32,000 nucleotides of DNA from Pseudodesulfovibrio piezophilus C1TLV30. GTDB taxonomy: Bacteria; Desulfobacterota; Desulfovibrionia; Desulfovibrionales; Desulfovibrionaceae. The position numbers and the translations under genes are program-made. The DNA is taken from the NCBI RefSeq assembly GCF_000341895.1, contig NC_020409.1, forward strand, positions 570,001 to 602,000, in the 5' to 3' direction. Position 1 is the stretch's first letter. Every line of letters starts with the position of its first letter. The notes below the pieces were generated by a model. The model made no database searches. It was not told the DNA's origin and was given only the letters and a program-made list of their open reading frames with translations. Shown here piece by piece: positions 19,469 through 28,581 of the stretch.

Positions 19469-20284
19469 TTAAGAAGGACCCCAATTATTGTAGAAGTTAA
19501 ACCACCAGGCCAAGGCACTCCGCAGCTCACTTCCTGTCTCCAGTTCCCGCAAGTAGACACATTCGTATTTCAAAGACTTCCAGAGTCGTTCGATCATGAC
19601 GTTATCCATCCAGCGTCCTCGGCCATCCATTGAAATGCGGATGCCAGCATCCCGCAGAGTCTTTGTGAATTCATAGCTGGTGAACTGGCTCCCCTGGTCT
19701 GTGTTGAATATCTCAGGTTCTCCATAACGGTTGATCGCATCCTCCAAAGCTACGACACAAAAGTCGGCCTCCATCGTATTCGACAAACGCCACGACAATA
19801 CTGCCCGGCTATGCCAATCCATGATTGCCACGAGATACAAGAAGCCTCGTTTCATCGGAATGTAAGTAATGTCGGTACACCAAACTTGATTTGGCTTTGT
19901 GATCTTCATGTTCCGCAACAAATACGGATATATTTTGTGCTGTGGATGAGGATCACTCGTCCTCGGTTTTTGGTAAATCGCCATCAAGCCCATCTTGCGC
20001 ATAAGTCGTCTCACACGACCACGGCCAACCAGATGCCTTTCATCCCGCAGAATGTTGCGCATCTGGCGTGAGCCGAAAAATGGTAGCTCCATGAACAACT
20101 CGTCGATGCGTTTCATCAACTCCAAGTTATACGATGATTCGCCAATCGGCTGATAATAGTATGTTGAGCGTTGCAGTTTGAGGATTCTGCATTGTCGCCG
20201 GACGCTGAGTTGTGGATGCTCTTTGTCGACGACTTCACGCCTTCGCTCGCAGCTCAGATTTTGGCGAAGGCTTGTTGCAAAAAA
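19469..20284 (-). CDS. IS3-family transposase OrfB (DDE), expressed as an OrfAB fusion by -1 frameshift
   Basis: The orfB frame is open from the T-TTT-TTG slippery heptamer (plus-strand 20278-20284). It reads [31 protein letters not shown] (D), [11 protein letters not shown] (D), [10 protein letters not shown] (E). The C-terminal end appears frameshifted (see findings). Confidence 0.8.
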   Translation of the reverse strand, partial: FFATSLRQNLSCERRREVVDKEHPQLSVRRQCRILKLQRSTYYYQPIGESSYNLELMKRIDELFMELPFFGSRQMRNILRDERHLVGRGRVRRLMRKMGLMAIYQKPRTSDPHPQHKIYPYLLRNMKITKPNQVWCTDITYIPMKRGFLYLVAIMDWHSRAVLSWRLSNTMEADFCVVALEDAINRYGEPEIFNTDQGSQFTSYEFTKTLRDAGIRISMDGRGRWMDNVMIERLWKSLKYECVYLRELETGSELRSALAWWFNFYNNWGPS

Positions 20285-20541
20285 TCCTTCTCGATCAGAA
20301 GTTGGCCGATCTTAGCGTGCAGATCCTTGATATGTGCATCGTCCATTTGCTGGCTCTTCTCTGCCTTGCCAGAAAATGACGCGACAATACCTTCTTTGGC
20401 TTGTCGTTTCCACGTGGATATCTGGTTGGTGTGAACTCCATACTTGCTGGCCAGCTCGGAAAGTGTGTGCTCGCCAGACAAAGCGTCGAGGGCTACACGG
20501 GCTTTGAATTCAGCAGTAAATCTTCTTCTCTTCTTGGACAT
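20254..20541 (-). CDS. IS3-family transposase OrfA (HTH)
   Basis: AAGGAGG SD before ATG 20541. MSKKRRRFTAEFKARVALDALSGEHTLSELASKYGVHTNQISTWKRQ is the classic IS3 OrfA pattern. Confidence 0.85.
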   Translation of the reverse strand: MSKKRRRFTAEFKARVALDALSGEHTLSELASKYGVHTNQISTWKRQAKEGIVASFSGKAEKSQQMDDAHIKDLHAKIGQLLIEKDFLQQAFAKI

Positions 20542-20738
20542 CGAAAAGCCTCCTTCGGCTATCATATGTCCCCCCTTATACTGTGGTCCAGTTTCTTAGA
20601 CCCACTTCTCATATCAACTAGGATGGCTTAAAAAGTTGCTCAATTGCTATCGAACGCTAAATCTCAACTTGCCAACTGTCACACCGACACAAGAACTGAA
20701 AATATCAATGATTCCAGGAGACACAGGGATCAAGGCTT

Positions 20739-20760
20739 GAATCCCACCCCTCTCCGCCAT
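20739..20760 (+). repeat. attR core (partial duplicate of the tRNA-Ser 3' end)
   Basis: GAATCCCACCCCTCTCCGCCAT. It matches 14560-14580 apart from one extra C, and similarity stops at ...CCAT in both copies. Confidence 0.8.
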
Positions 20761-21116
20761 GGAGATAAAAGCCCCTGTTGTCTTTGAAAACTCAATGGTG
20801 ATAGAGGCTTTCTTTTGCCTATTTCTCGAGATAACTGGAAGTAAAATTTTACTTAAGACGCATCTCAATACGCCTCTCTTAGCGTGCATCCTAAAGTCAC
20901 TGATATTATTATGTTATAATCAAATTTTAGTTACCCCAATCGTGACAAAGTATTCGCTTTGGTCTGCATAAATGCATTCAATTTCTTTCCATCTGGTTAC
21001 AATACCAGTTCATTATGCGTCATAATTATATGATCGTACCCTATCACTCCCCTATCTATTTTACATAAAAATTAACATACTGGACTATTCCACAACCTTA
21101 CCCCTTCGACTTATTA

Positions 21117-22502
21117 ATGAATATTGACTTTAAAGCTCACAATTCTTCTATTAACTATCTTGATTCATTAAAAGAAATAATTGCCCTCACATGGCCTCAA
21201 CTTTTGATGATGCTCGCTCAGTTCCTAGTGGCACTAGCTGATATTGTTGTTGCAGGCCACATAAACAAGGAGGTCCAAGCCTCTCTGGGGTTAATTTCAA
21301 TTTCCATTTTTTTCTTTTTGATCATTGCGACAGCAATATCAAGCGGAGCTGTTGCAATCATATCTCAATCGTTGGGCGCAGGACAACGAAAGCGAGTAGA
21401 ACGTTATACTAGTCTTCTTTTTATCCTTGCAATCAGCTTCGGTATTTTTTTTACCATCGTATTCAGCGTGGCTAAAAATGCCTTCCTACAAATACTTAAC
21501 GTTCCAGAATCCATTCTCCCAATTACTGCATATTTTCTAAGTGTCTATCTTTACGTACTGCCTGCCTACTATTTATTGTTAAGCACAAATGCCATTTTTC
21601 AGGCGTACAAAAAAGTCAAGTTCCCACTCTACTCTATGTGTCTTATTACTTCGCTTAATGGGATTTTGGATTTTGGACTCGGGTTAGGACTCTGGGGATT
21701 TCCCTATTTGGGATATAGGGGGGTAGCCTGGGCAACATTCTGTTCAGTCACTTTGGGAGCCATTTGTAATGTTCATAATATGTATCGGACAGGACTTTTA
21801 GTCTTCCCACTCTTCCCACCTCTACGCTGGATACGCATTGCGTGGAGATGCCTCTATAGCTACGCATGGCCAGCTGCGATGACACAAATCTTATGGCAGG
21901 GAAGCTATATAATTCTTTACATCATAATCAGATATCTTCCCGTTGAACATGTGGGGCCACTTGCTGGTTTTGCAGCAGGTATGCGCATTGAATCCATTTT
22001 GCTCATGCCAGCATTCGCCTTAAACCTAACAGCATCCATCCTCATTGGGCAAACTCTGGGAAAAGGCCAACACGATAAAGCACAGAAAATTGCTCTGAAC
22101 ATCCTCGGGGTCGGAACCGCGGTCATAACGTTGGCAGCGCTCTGTCTATGGAACTTTCGTGTCCCTATTTTGGATTTCATTGCACCGGATGCGATCGTTC
22201 AAAAAAATACTCTCTCATACTTGTCATATGTACTCCCAGCCACTCCCTTTACAGTCGGAGCAATGATTCTAGGAGGAATTATGAATGGGGCTGGAGCAAC
22301 CTTTTATACGATGATCTCGTTTGGTATTACAGCCTGGTTTATCAGAATACCCTTAGCCTACTTTTCATGCCAGATTATCTGGCTCAATTCTGAAGGAATT
22401 TGGTTCTCCATACTGGTCTCACATGTCTGTCATTGCCTTTGTCTCTTGTTTATTTTCCAATTCATGAATTGGCGTAAATTTGCCATGCGCACCCCCCGAT
22501 AA
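21117..22502 (+). CDS. MATE-family efflux transporter
   Basis: About 12 TM helices. The N-terminal LTWPQLLMMLAQFLVALADIVVAGH and the repeated MatE-like halves fit the family. No obvious SD. Confidence 0.85.
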   Translation: MNIDFKAHNSSINYLDSLKEIIALTWPQLLMMLAQFLVALADIVVAGHINKEVQASLGLISISIFFFLIIATAISSGAVAIISQSLGAGQRKRVERYTSLLFILAISFGIFFTIVFSVAKNAFLQILNVPESILPITAYFLSVYLYVLPAYYLLLSTNAIFQAYKKVKFPLYSMCLITSLNGILDFGLGLGLWGFPYLGYRGVAWATFCSVTLGAICNVHNMYRTGLLVFPLFPPLRWIRIAWRCLYSYAWPAAMTQILWQGSYIILYIIIRYLPVEHVGPLAGFAAGMRIESILLMPAFALNLTASILIGQTLGKGQHDKAQKIALNILGVGTAVITLAALCLWNFRVPILDFIAPDAIVQKNTLSYLSYVLPATPFTVGAMILGGIMNGAGATFYTMISFGITAWFIRIPLAYFSCQIIWLNSEGIWFSILVSHVCHCLCLLFIFQFMNWRKFAMRTPR

Positions 22503-22623
22503 AAATCATTATAAGAGGTTATAAATGAAACCACTCGTACAGAATCTTTTAGTTCCTGAATGAGTCGAATCTTGATTGACATTTATCTATCAACCATTTA
22601 GTTGATTTTGAATTTCATTATCA

Positions 22624-23223
22624 TTGTTTCAAACGAAGATATGGCGGATCATTTTGAACAATAAGGACAAAAGAAATGCAGAAGTTCTCTGCATTAATTA
22701 TGACGACTCCTTCAAGAAATTGTATAGAGCGAGTTTTGATTCATTGGTTTTGTACCTAAAAACACAATTCCGTTCATGCCCACAACAAGCAGAAGACATA
22801 GCCCAAAATGCTTTTGAAAAAATAGCGACTAGAAAAAATCCGGGACCCATTGGCAACATCAAGGCATTCCTCTGGCGCACAGCACATAATATCGCTATTT
22901 CCGATATACGTTCAAAACGATTGGCTACCAAATATCATGCAGAAACAAAGAATCTCTATGGGCAGGAAGAAGAATACCCTTTAACTCCTGAACGTATTTT
23001 AGAAGGGAAAGAACAGATTGGGCTGGCTGTACAGACACTTCGCCAAATGCCAGAGCAACGACGCAGAGCATTTATTTTAACAAGAATCGAAGGATTAAGC
23101 CACACCAAAGCCTCAGAAAAATTGGGAATATCTCGCCCAGCAGTCAGCAAACATGTTGCCAGAGCTACCTCCGATCTCTACACTGCATTGCATAATGAAC
23201 TCAGAAGCAGCACAAAAAAGTAA
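22624..23223 (+). CDS. ECF sigma factor, FecI-like
   Basis: Sigma-70 region 2 (AEDIAQNAFEKI...FLWRTAHNIAISDIR) and region 4 HTH (LSHTKASEKLGISRPAVSKHVARA). The gene is followed after 2 nt by a FecR gene. There is no in-frame ATG, so the start is TTG 22624 or TTG 22654. Confidence 0.8.
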   Translation: MFQTKIWRIILNNKDKRNAEVLCINYDDSFKKLYRASFDSLVLYLKTQFRSCPQQAEDIAQNAFEKIATRKNPGPIGNIKAFLWRTAHNIAISDIRSKRLATKYHAETKNLYGQEEEYPLTPERILEGKEQIGLAVQTLRQMPEQRRRAFILTRIEGLSHTKASEKLGISRPAVSKHVARATSDLYTALHNELRSSTKK

Positions 23224-23225
23224 CT

Positions 23226-24290
23226 ATGCATGAGATTGACGCAAATATCATAAACGTAGCCTGTCAGTGGCGCGCAACTTTGGCGGATGATCACGTTTCC
23301 ACCGTGGACAAAAACGCATTTGTCAAATGGCTCGAAGAAAACCCACTGCATAAAGAGGCCTATGAGCAAGTTGAAAAATTTTGGCAGGATCTGGAATTCT
23401 TAAAACAAGAATCTCTTGATGATTCTTTTTTCATTCCAACATGGCGAGAACGGACCAGATCCGTCGTGTGGAGAATACACGAGTGTATTAATAAAAAATC
23501 AAAGCCAGCGTTCTATGGTCTTGGAGGAGTGTGCGCGCTCGTACTGCTTGTATTTCTTTGTTTTCCCCAAATTATACTTTTTCCCTCGTATTCGGGGGAG
23601 ATCTTCGCCACTGGAATAGGAGAAAAAAAGACTCTTCACCTTGCCGACGGCAGCCGGATAACGCTGGGTGCTGACACATCAGTCAAGGTCACCTTCACTC
23701 GAACAAGCAGACATATACAAATGAGTACCGGTGAAGCATTTTATGAAGTAGCGAAAGATCCGAAAAGACCTTTTATCGTCGTGTCCGGAGAACATCAAAT
23801 CACAGTTCATGGCACAATATTTGATGTTCGTCATAATACCCAAAGAATACAGGTTGCAGTCAGAGAGGGAGTGGTAAGCGTAACAGCTTTACAAAAGATT
23901 TCTCCTTTGGATAGAACAAAGCCCCCCCAGCCTCCAACATCACACTCCCCTCTTGTACAATCCAAGATTCTGAAGGCTGGCGAACAACTGACAATCCTGG
24001 CTGAAAAAGGTTTACAGCCAGTTACTCACATCCAGCCTCAAAGCATTGGTCTATGGAGAAACAATATTCTAGCATATATCGACACACCTTTATCGGAAAT
24101 CGTAGCGGATATGAACAGATACCAAAGCCGAAAAATCAGTATCCATGATGCGCTCGTTGCAAATATAAAAATAACTGCCACATTCAATAGTAACGATGTT
24201 GATAAAACGCTCCAGACTCTAACAGAGATCTTGCCGATTCGGCTTGAATCCTCAACCGAGAGCTTACGTATTTATAGTGCTTTTAATTAA
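23226..24290 (+). CDS. FecR-family transmembrane anti-sigma / sensor protein
   Basis: Cytoplasmic anti-sigma N-domain (ACQWRATL...FVKWLEENPLHKEAYEQVEKFW), a single TM (AFYGLGGVCALVLLVFLCF) and a periplasmic FecR-type domain. Confidence 0.85.
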   Translation: MHEIDANIINVACQWRATLADDHVSTVDKNAFVKWLEENPLHKEAYEQVEKFWQDLEFLKQESLDDSFFIPTWRERTRSVVWRIHECINKKSKPAFYGLGGVCALVLLVFLCFPQIILFPSYSGEIFATGIGEKKTLHLADGSRITLGADTSVKVTFTRTSRHIQMSTGEAFYEVAKDPKRPFIVVSGEHQITVHGTIFDVRHNTQRIQVAVREGVVSVTALQKISPLDRTKPPQPPTSHSPLVQSKILKAGEQLTILAEKGLQPVTHIQPQSIGLWRNNILAYIDTPLSEIVADMNRYQSRKISIHDALVANIKITATFNSNDVDKTLQTLTEILPIRLESSTESLRIYSAFN

Positions 24291-24323
24291 TTTTCTTTAG
24301 ATATCACTTTTTACTCAGCCTAT

Positions 24324-24350
24324 GGTTACATCTCCCTCTTCTCGGGCGTC
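24324..24350 (+). promoter_or_regulatory. Candidate ECF-type promoter upstream of the TonB-dependent transducer
   Basis: GGTTAC-N17-CGTC resembles the generic ECF pattern GGAAC-N16/17-CGT. It lies about 60 nt before the probable GTG start. The match is weak. Confidence 0.25.
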
Positions 24351-24409
24351 TTATACAGTAGATGCGACTCAAACCGCATCAGCTAACACTTCCTGAGGAG
24401 GAAAATCAC

Positions 24410-26779
24410 GTGGTAACTTCGACTATTACTGTACCAAAATGCAACTCTTTTATAGCAACTTTCTTTTTTTTATTCATCACACTATTAGCCACTCAAGCAC
24501 TAGCTCAAGATGAGTATCGTGAATTAGACTTGCCACAGCAGTCTCTTCAAGAATCCTTGGTATCAGTTGGTAAAACATATGGAGTAACTATAGTTGCACC
24601 GAGTGATATTCTTCGAGATAAAATTGCACCACCAGTCTCCGGGCGGCTCTCTATTGAGCAAGCAATCAACCAACTGCTTCAAGACTCTGGACTTGAGAGG
24701 CAGCATTCATCTAACGGGTCTATTCTTCTCAAAAAAAAGGTCATCTTGACCAATACAGAGACGTCCTCCTCATCCAAAGCCTCGGATAAGAATGAAGAAC
24801 AGGGACTTCAACTTGCTCCCGTCATAGTCACCGGGGAACGGTCGGAACGCACACTGTATGAGACTGCGGCGTCCACTGCAGTCGTTTCAGGTGAAGACAT
24901 AGAGAAAACCCCTTCTTTCAAAGAAGTTGACGACATCCTTCAAACTATTCCAAACGTTGACCTGGGAGGAAACAGCAATGAAGGGCCAACAATCCGAGGT
25001 GTTAAAGCGGGTGGCCCATTAAGTGGAGTCTATGCCTTCTTTGGAGGCTCTCGGCCGAGGGCTACTATCACAGTTGATGGACGCTCTGTCAGTTTCGATG
25101 AATTCATATTTGGGGCCACCTCTGTATGGGATGTTCAAAGAGTCGAGGTTTTCCGAGGTCCACAAACCACTTCTCAGGGAGTAAACTCTATTGCTGGTGC
25201 CATTCATGTTGTCACCTCCGATCCTACATATGAACCACATTTCAAAGCACAGGCCGAGTACGGTGATTATAAAAGCGGCAGAATCTCAGCATCAGCTTCA
25301 GGCCCTCTTGTGGAAGACCAACTTGCCATTCTTCTGTCTGCAGATCTTCAACGAAGTGACAGTTTCATTGATATTCAGCCGACGTCGGATTATGGACCAG
25401 ACCCTAATACCTTTCTCAACGGCGTTATTCGAGGAAAGGTCTTGTGGGAGCCCACGAGTCTTCCTGAATTGAGAATGAAATTCACTCTCGGAAGCACTCG
25501 AAATGAGGCACCACAGGCTGAGTATGTCAAAACAACAGGCTCCATCAAAGACTTGAAGTCTATCTCTACGAATCTGCCGTCAAGACGTCTGATCGCGACG
25601 ACAGGAATACATGATGTTTCATATGAATTTTCAGATTCAATAAAGCTCAGCAACCGTTTTTCATACTCCGACATTGACAGCAATCGCTATGTTGATCTCC
25701 CAACATCTGGGAAAGCCAAATCGGAAAAAGATGAAGTATCCAATGAGACTACATTGCATTGGGAAAATCAGGAATCCGGATTGTCAGGGCTTATGGGGGT
25801 CTTTTACCAACACACCAATAGTGATGAATACCTCAATTACAGCCTTGCAGGAGAAGGGACTTTTGATGATTTGCAAACGAGTCTCGGACTCTACACTGAA
25901 GTGAATTACGATATCACGGACCGGTTGGATCTGACAATGGGGGTTCGGTATGAGCAAGACCGGCAGGACCGGTCAGGCGCAACTGTTGGCGGGAGTCTAT
26001 ACAACATAGACATGGAATATGACAAAACTTTTGAATCTATTCTTCCAAAAATATCGATCGGGTATGATGTATCTGATAATGTCAGAATTGGTGCACTTGT
26101 TTCACGAGGGTTCAACCCTGGTGGAGTGACACTTCTGTGGTCAGATGGCTCAACAAACTACTTCGATGAAGAAACAGTATGGAACTATGAGATATTCTCC
26201 CGTATCAAGTTACTTGAAAACCGACTCGTCCTTAACACCAATATCTTCTACGCAGATTACTCCGATTACCAACTCAATTATCTTGCCGGAGATTTCTATG
26301 GCAGCGCTGTTTATGGAATCGCCAATGCTGAAGAAGCTGTGAGCTACGGTCTTGAATTAAGTGCTGACTATCTCCCCACAGAGAAGCTCCACATCTACTC
26401 AGGGCTCGGCCTTCTTCAAACCGAGATTAAAAAATTCGATGATGCTGGTGGCATAGATGCTGAAGGTGCTTCATTCATGCGCTCTCCATCCATTACTTTG
26501 TCTCTCGGTGCTGATTATGAACTTATTAAAAATCTAACCATCGGTGGCCGCGCACGTTATGTGGGAGAATATAAAAGCGAAGATACCAACGATAGTCTTT
26601 CCGCAGGAGATTATGCTGTTGTCGATCTCCAGGCCAGTTATGAATACGACCCGTTTACCGTCTATGGATATGTCAACAATGTATTTGATTCATTTTATAC
26701 AATCAGTGAACTGACGGTTGGACGAGCAATTGTCGGCAATCCTCGAAAATTTGGTGTTGGCATAAAGTATAGCTTTTAG
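24410..26779 (+). CDS. TonB-dependent receptor/transducer with N-terminal STN signalling domain (FecA-like)
   Basis: GAGGAGG SD 8 nt before GTG 24410 (the ORF track ATG 24362 is an alternative). Features: signal peptide ...TQALA, STN domain (LDLPQQSLQESLVSVGKTYGVTIVAP), plug (APVIVTGER), and a beta-barrel ending GVGIKYSF. Confidence 0.9.
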   Translation: MVTSTITVPKCNSFIATFFFLFITLLATQALAQDEYRELDLPQQSLQESLVSVGKTYGVTIVAPSDILRDKIAPPVSGRLSIEQAINQLLQDSGLERQHSSNGSILLKKKVILTNTETSSSSKASDKNEEQGLQLAPVIVTGERSERTLYETAASTAVVSGEDIEKTPSFKEVDDILQTIPNVDLGGNSNEGPTIRGVKAGGPLSGVYAFFGGSRPRATITVDGRSVSFDEFIFGATSVWDVQRVEVFRGPQTTSQGVNSIAGAIHVVTSDPTYEPHFKAQAEYGDYKSGRISASASGPLVEDQLAILLSADLQRSDSFIDIQPTSDYGPDPNTFLNGVIRGKVLWEPTSLPELRMKFTLGSTRNEAPQAEYVKTTGSIKDLKSISTNLPSRRLIATTGIHDVSYEFSDSIKLSNRFSYSDIDSNRYVDLPTSGKAKSEKDEVSNETTLHWENQESGLSGLMGVFYQHTNSDEYLNYSLAGEGTFDDLQTSLGLYTEVNYDITDRLDLTMGVRYEQDRQDRSGATVGGSLYNIDMEYDKTFESILPKISIGYDVSDNVRIGALVSRGFNPGGVTLLWSDGSTNYFDEETVWNYEIFSRIKLLENRLVLNTNIFYADYSDYQLNYLAGDFYGSAVYGIANAEEAVSYGLELSADYLPTEKLHIYSGLGLLQTEIKKFDDAGGIDAEGASFMRSPSITLSLGADYELIKNLTIGGRARYVGEYKSEDTNDSLSAGDYAVVDLQASYEYDPFTVYGYVNNVFDSFYTISELTVGRAIVGNPRKFGVGIKYSF

Positions 26780-26793
26780 ACAGAGGACTCTCA

Positions 26794-28479
26794 ATGTCAT
26801 TATCAAAAAATACAATTCAAACAAAACCGCGGGTCAAAGGACCCGCGGTGCGAATCGCATCGGCCATCCATTCTGCTGCAGGATTGTGGTTCTTTATCCT
26901 TCTCTCTCTTGTCCTTTTTTCCGGAACTCTGGCTGTTTTTGCTCCGGAAATGGATCAATTGATATACCCTGAAATGCGGCTATCTCTCCCCCAAAAAGGG
27001 GTAGGTAAAATCAACCCAGGAGCCATATATGATGCTGTAACTCAGGCTTATCCCGGAATGGGGATAACATATATAGATATGGCCGCCCATGATCGATATG
27101 CTCCTGCCAAGACAACGATCATTTTCCCAGACAACAAGCGTCGTACAGTCAGCATTGACCCCTATACTGCAAAAATAATTGGTGAAATACCTGATATGAC
27201 TGTACACAGCTTCATAGCGCGCATGCACGCAGTACTCTTTCAAGGATTATTCGGTTTTTACGTTGTCAATTTCTGTGGAGTATTATTGCTCGCAATCACG
27301 ATTTCCGGATTAATTATCTACAAACGGTTCTGGAAATCTCTCTTCAAAATCCCCCGCTTTAAACGCGGCACACGTATACTGCTTGGTGATCTCCATAGGC
27401 TTATTGGATTGTGGTCGATTGGATTCTTGCTTATTATCAGTTTGACTGGAAGTTGGTATTTTTACAACTTCCCTCTTGCTCACCTCGGCCTAGTGCCCAA
27501 TATAATAGAGACCCAACCTTCACCTCATAATATCAGCCAAGCGGACCTTGATGCACTCGGCCCACAAACACCTCATCGGCAAAGCGGGGCCCACCTCATA
27601 TCCGTTGTTCTCTCTGCGTATCCAGATATGACCATTACTGGTATCATGCCCCCGATGAATCTGAATATGCCCTTTGTTGTTTACGGCGATCGAGATGAAT
27701 ATCTTCATGGCAAAGACTCTAATTCCATATCCATCAACCCTTTTACATCTGAAATTATCGGAGCCAATTTGTCCGAGGATCTCTCTTTGAGTCAATACGC
27801 TTTTCAAGGAATGAGCCAGTTACATCATGGAGAATTACTGCCGAAGAACTGGGGTTGGCCTGCTCAAATGATCATGAAAGGCATCTGGTTTCTTTGCGGT
27901 CTCGGAACTTGCTTCCTCTCAGTCTCAGGGCTTTATTTTTCACTCAAGCGTACACGGCAATCAATAAAGCAACTTGGCTGGAGAAAGGTCTGGCATTGGG
28001 GTAAACCTTGGGGCGGTCCCATGGGACTTTTCAAATATATCAACGTGCTGGTGCTCGTCGCTTTGATCGCTGGTTATATGCATATGGTTTCAATGGGCCA
28101 ACCAAAGCCAGCACTTCCACAACAAGCATTCTCTTCTCAACAAGCAGGCCCATTCAATGTTTCATTACGAATCAAGGCTGGCCCTAGAAATGATGCTATC
28201 AACCCGATACAGCCAGGCGGGCGTTTAATGGTTTTCCCCAATATTGAGGGAGGTCTATTCGAGGATGCACGCACCATACTCATCGGTTTAACGAAAGCCA
28301 AAGGGTCAAGTGCGCGAGGCGTTCGAGTTAAAGGAGCTGAAAAAATAGCGTTTGCCCCACTTCGCCTTCCCCGGCAACTTGAAGGCGTCGAAATTTGGAT
28401 TGAACTCACCCAATGGGATGGCACTACTTCTCGAACACAGTGGGCTCTTTCTTCGGGGAAAAATATCGCCCCATTATGA
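26794..28479 (+). CDS. PepSY-associated TM-helix protein (PiuB/FoxB-like putative reductase) with an extra C-terminal domain
   Basis: IHSAAGLWFFILLSLVLFSGTLAVFAPE N-terminal signature. Conserved His residues occur in TM segments (ARMHAVLF, LHRLIGLW, LHHGEL). About 127 aa lie beyond the last TM. Confidence 0.8.
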   Translation: MSLSKNTIQTKPRVKGPAVRIASAIHSAAGLWFFILLSLVLFSGTLAVFAPEMDQLIYPEMRLSLPQKGVGKINPGAIYDAVTQAYPGMGITYIDMAAHDRYAPAKTTIIFPDNKRRTVSIDPYTAKIIGEIPDMTVHSFIARMHAVLFQGLFGFYVVNFCGVLLLAITISGLIIYKRFWKSLFKIPRFKRGTRILLGDLHRLIGLWSIGFLLIISLTGSWYFYNFPLAHLGLVPNIIETQPSPHNISQADLDALGPQTPHRQSGAHLISVVLSAYPDMTITGIMPPMNLNMPFVVYGDRDEYLHGKDSNSISINPFTSEIIGANLSEDLSLSQYAFQGMSQLHHGELLPKNWGWPAQMIMKGIWFLCGLGTCFLSVSGLYFSLKRTRQSIKQLGWRKVWHWGKPWGGPMGLFKYINVLVLVALIAGYMHMVSMGQPKPALPQQAFSSQQAGPFNVSLRIKAGPRNDAINPIQPGGRLMVFPNIEGGLFEDARTILIGLTKAKGSSARGVRVKGAEKIAFAPLRLPRQLEGVEIWIELTQWDGTTSRTQWALSSGKNIAPL

Positions 28480-28581
28480 GACCTTCATCAACTGCTAAAA
28501 AAACATTGGATTGATTCACGAGTTTAGCCGTCTCCCTCATTAATTAATTATACATAGTCACTGCTCCTGGAGGACTTAAAC

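Larger units (their letters stand above)
19341..20611 (-). mobile_element. IS3-family insertion sequence (~1271 bp), orfA/orfB with -1 frameshift
   Basis: The imperfect terminal inverted repeats begin TGAG and end CTCA: 19341-19365 TGAGCGGCGAATTTAAGGTGGACAG versus the reverse complement of 20581-20611, TGAGAAGTGGGTCTAAGAAACTGGACCACAG. The orfA HTH and orfB DDE are typical of IS3. No flanking target duplication is seen (CAC versus TAT). Confidence 0.8.
14560..20760. mobile_element. ~6.2-kb integrative element inserted in the 3' end of tRNA-Ser
   Basis: A direct repeat of the tRNA 3' end marks both boundaries (14560-14580 and 20739-20760). The integrase gene lies next to the tRNA, and the cargo is ORFan. 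Confidence 0.8.

Noticed and set aside
20647-20889. An 80-aa minus-strand ORF spanning attR.
   Set aside because: It crosses the island boundary and the tRNA-derived repeat. It has no SD and low-complexity composition, so it is probably spurious.
22610-22628. Fur-box-like sequence GAATTTCATTATCATTGTT overlapping the ECF sigma start.
   Set aside because: Only one half-site (ATTATCA) is good, and about 12 of 19 positions match the classical consensus. The region is AT-rich, so this is weak. It is worth a PWM scan but is not callable by eye.
25967-25984. DRSGAT in the TonB-dependent receptor resembles the ApbE flavinylation motif ([ST]GA[ST]).
   Set aside because: It lies within the beta-barrel region of an outer-membrane protein. 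The Asp spacing differs from the D-x-x-[ST]-G-A-[ST] pattern. A 4-residue match is expected by chance in 800 aa.
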